From Gnetum montanum (Eukaryota; Plantae; Gnetophyta), in the NCBI GenBank assembly GCA_015680685.1, contig MNCI01000550.1, positions 171,737 to 235,736 of the forward strand: DNA of 64,000 bases. The letters are read 5' to 3'. The notes below the pieces were generated by a model. That model was given only the letters and a program-made list of their open reading frames with translations, had not been told where the DNA came from and did no database searches. Below, one piece after another: positions 61,901 through 64,000 of the stretch. The translations under genes were made by a program, and so were the position numbers. Within the stretch, counting starts at the first letter, position 1, and each line of letters opens with the position of its first letter.

Positions 61901-64000
61901 CTTTAGATTTGATGGACTCAAAGTTCTAATAGTCTCTCTTGGGCATAAACCCAAAGAGTTCTCCTCATTTCCGATCTAAGTCCATCAATGATACAACAAA
62001 GTCGTTCTTGTTGAGAATAACCATGGCCAGGGCATCGGTGTATGAGAGAATAATATTTACCCATGGCGACATCTAAGGGTTCATGGTTTCCTTGCTTCCA
62101 TCCTTGGATTTTCCTTCTTAGATTAGACACTCTAGAGTATTTTTGATACTTATCATTGAATAGCTTGAGCATTGTACTCCATCAATAAATAGATTCCAAC
62201 TCCAAGGATCGGTACCAACTTTCTACTTCCTTGATGAGTGTCCTAGAAAATAGCTTGAGTTTTTGCTAATCATTTTCAATGTTTTGTAAGGCACAGACAT
62301 CGTGGAAAGCTTGGAGATGTCTTTATGGATTAGAGTTATATCCCCCTTCAAATCTAGAAATATTGTTCATATCTAGGAGCTTGATCCGACTATCTCTCAC
62401 ATGCCTGGTTGGAATTTTTACAGCCTCTACAATATTTAGCATGCTTCAAGTTGCCAACAAAGGCTCATCATCATCATTATTTTGTTGTCCTTGATGATGT
62501 CCTATATTACCCCTTCATTCATTATGGGCTTCGCAATCATTATTTTTATCCATTTGTTCACCTCCATCATGGTTGTTCTTTCTGCAACATTTTTCAAAAC
62601 CAGAAGATGAACAAGAAAAATATGTAGATGAAGAGGGCAAAGAGGGAGGAGGACTACCTCCACCATGATATCTACCAATTCCCCTTTGGTTTTCATGGCC
62701 ATGTTCATTGGTTTTCACATCCTTTCGATGCTTGTCCGATTTCCTACCTTGACTACCATCTTTGCCTGAACCTGGGTTGTTAATAGTAGACCATAGGTTC
62801 TAAGCCACATCCCCATCATCAGTAACAAGGGGTGGAGAATTTTTATGTTGAGAGCCCCCTAAGGGAGGATCCTCATTGTCATTTTGGTTTAGTAGGAATA
62901 AGGGATTGGTGAACCATTTCCCCTTCGCAAACTCATGATGCTTCTCCTAGTTTCAATCTCTTTGATGTTATGCTTTAGTGGGACAGTAGTCCCGGTAGTT
63001 GTAATCATGCATAATGCACTCCTCTTGAAGATCTTGGATGCCTAACTTTTTAAGAATTTAAAGTAGCATTATAGGCATATATCGATTAGGAGGCATTACA
63101 ATGTTGCCTTCCATGTCATGTCATTGCAGTTGATCATCCTGATGTAGGATGAAGGTGAAGTCAAGCACATACTCATCTGGATGAGGATATATCACTTTGC
63201 ATTCTTGTGGACTATTTGACATTGTCATGCTTATGAGAAGAAGACTTTTTATAATAAAAAAAAATAATCAGTGTGCTTTTGTAATTATATGATTTGAGAA
63301 TGATGTTGACCTTAGGGTTTGCCAACAATATTAATAATGTTCACTAATCCAAGATAGCAAACATTTCAAGTAAAAAGATTCCCTAGCAATAGTGCCAATG
63401 ATGAGCAATGAAGGCACCCCTACCCTTAACCATATGAATCATGATGCGTTCACATGTGATTTGGTCAAATTCCATGGACTCTATAGTTTTTGGTACACTA
63501 GTCTTGTAGGAAGTGAACCTTGCCCTAATGGTCATTTGTTGTCTTCCCAATTACACTTGTGATGCACAAGGGTATGGTTAAGTGTAAACAAGGCATATGA
63601 TTTTTATTATTTTTATGTTTTATATTCCTTGGTCCTTAAAGTAGAGAGATGAAGTAATTTAATAACTAATTTAATTTAACTACTTAACTAATCTCTAACT
63701 AGTCCTAACATAAGCATCTAGTCCCACTTTCAATACATGTTTTGAACCCACGTATCCACTGCTGGGTTACCAAGTGCTACACTACTAGGTGCACCAAGTA
63801 ATAATGCTGCTAGGATTACCAAACGAATGCGTGTTTATGCTCGAAGCAGTCTTTCTTATGTGTTTAATCTATTTAGCTTAAATAATTAACTAATCACTTA
63901 AAGTATAATATAGCTTAATTTATCTTAATTAATTACATATTTAATTAAAATAATGAATGCATAAATAAATCATTAATCTATTTTAAGTGCTACAAGGTTT
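58995..64000 (-). mobile_element. Athila-like element (LTR type B): 5' LTR 63399 to beyond 64000, PBS 63380-63397, gag-protease-partial integrase, no RT/RNaseH
   Basis: Degenerate Asp-type PBS TGGCACTATTGCTAGGGA; gag homologous to 1-1602; protease ALLDSSSSVNLI and DFPIIMGMAWLSTVDA; integrase HKLTIAYHPQANNQAKVTNREITKILTRTISKYRRDWSTKLNDALWAY (59696-59989). Confidence 0.85.

Noticed and set aside
25930-64000. Type B LTRs at 25930 and 63399 as the two ends of one giant nested element
   Set aside because: Orientation and domain order fit, but the LTRs are strongly diverged, the interval contains non-TE sequence and no TSD can be tested. Independent insertions are more likely.

Overview
AT-rich, transposon-dominated land-plant nuclear DNA (draft assembly, N-gaps at 13654-14521, 32617-32712 and 50811-51109). 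The spliceosomal introns and retroelement spectrum suggest a non-seed vascular plant, which is inference only. Host content: (i) a frameshifted CYP72-clan cytochrome P450 pseudogene (+, 8179-16871) whose first intron holds a GC-rich Galadriel-like chromovirus (8901-15816, TSD GTATG); (ii) an intact 9-exon SAP-domain gene (-, 24792-17400, 533 aa) with a GC-AG first intron and an SHI/STY-like C-terminal zinc finger; (iii) a small orphan membrane-protein ORF (-, 40100-39717); (iv) a decayed intronless copy of SNF5/BSH (44134-44505). The rest is nested retroelements: a Tnt1-like Copia, several Athila-like elements and solo LTRs of three related LTR types, a chromovirus (49290-58994) and LINE/SINE relics. 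Best leads: (1) the chromovirus carries a spliced, antisense, four-intron accessory gene between its PBS and gag, head-to-head with gag-pol; (2) all seven complete Athila-like LTR copies share a covarying ~125-nt RNA hairpin that pairs up AAUAAA, while their U3 promoter arrays appear swapped at the hairpin base; (3) the Athila-like lineage appears to lack RT/RNaseH. All alignments, translations and counts were done by eye.
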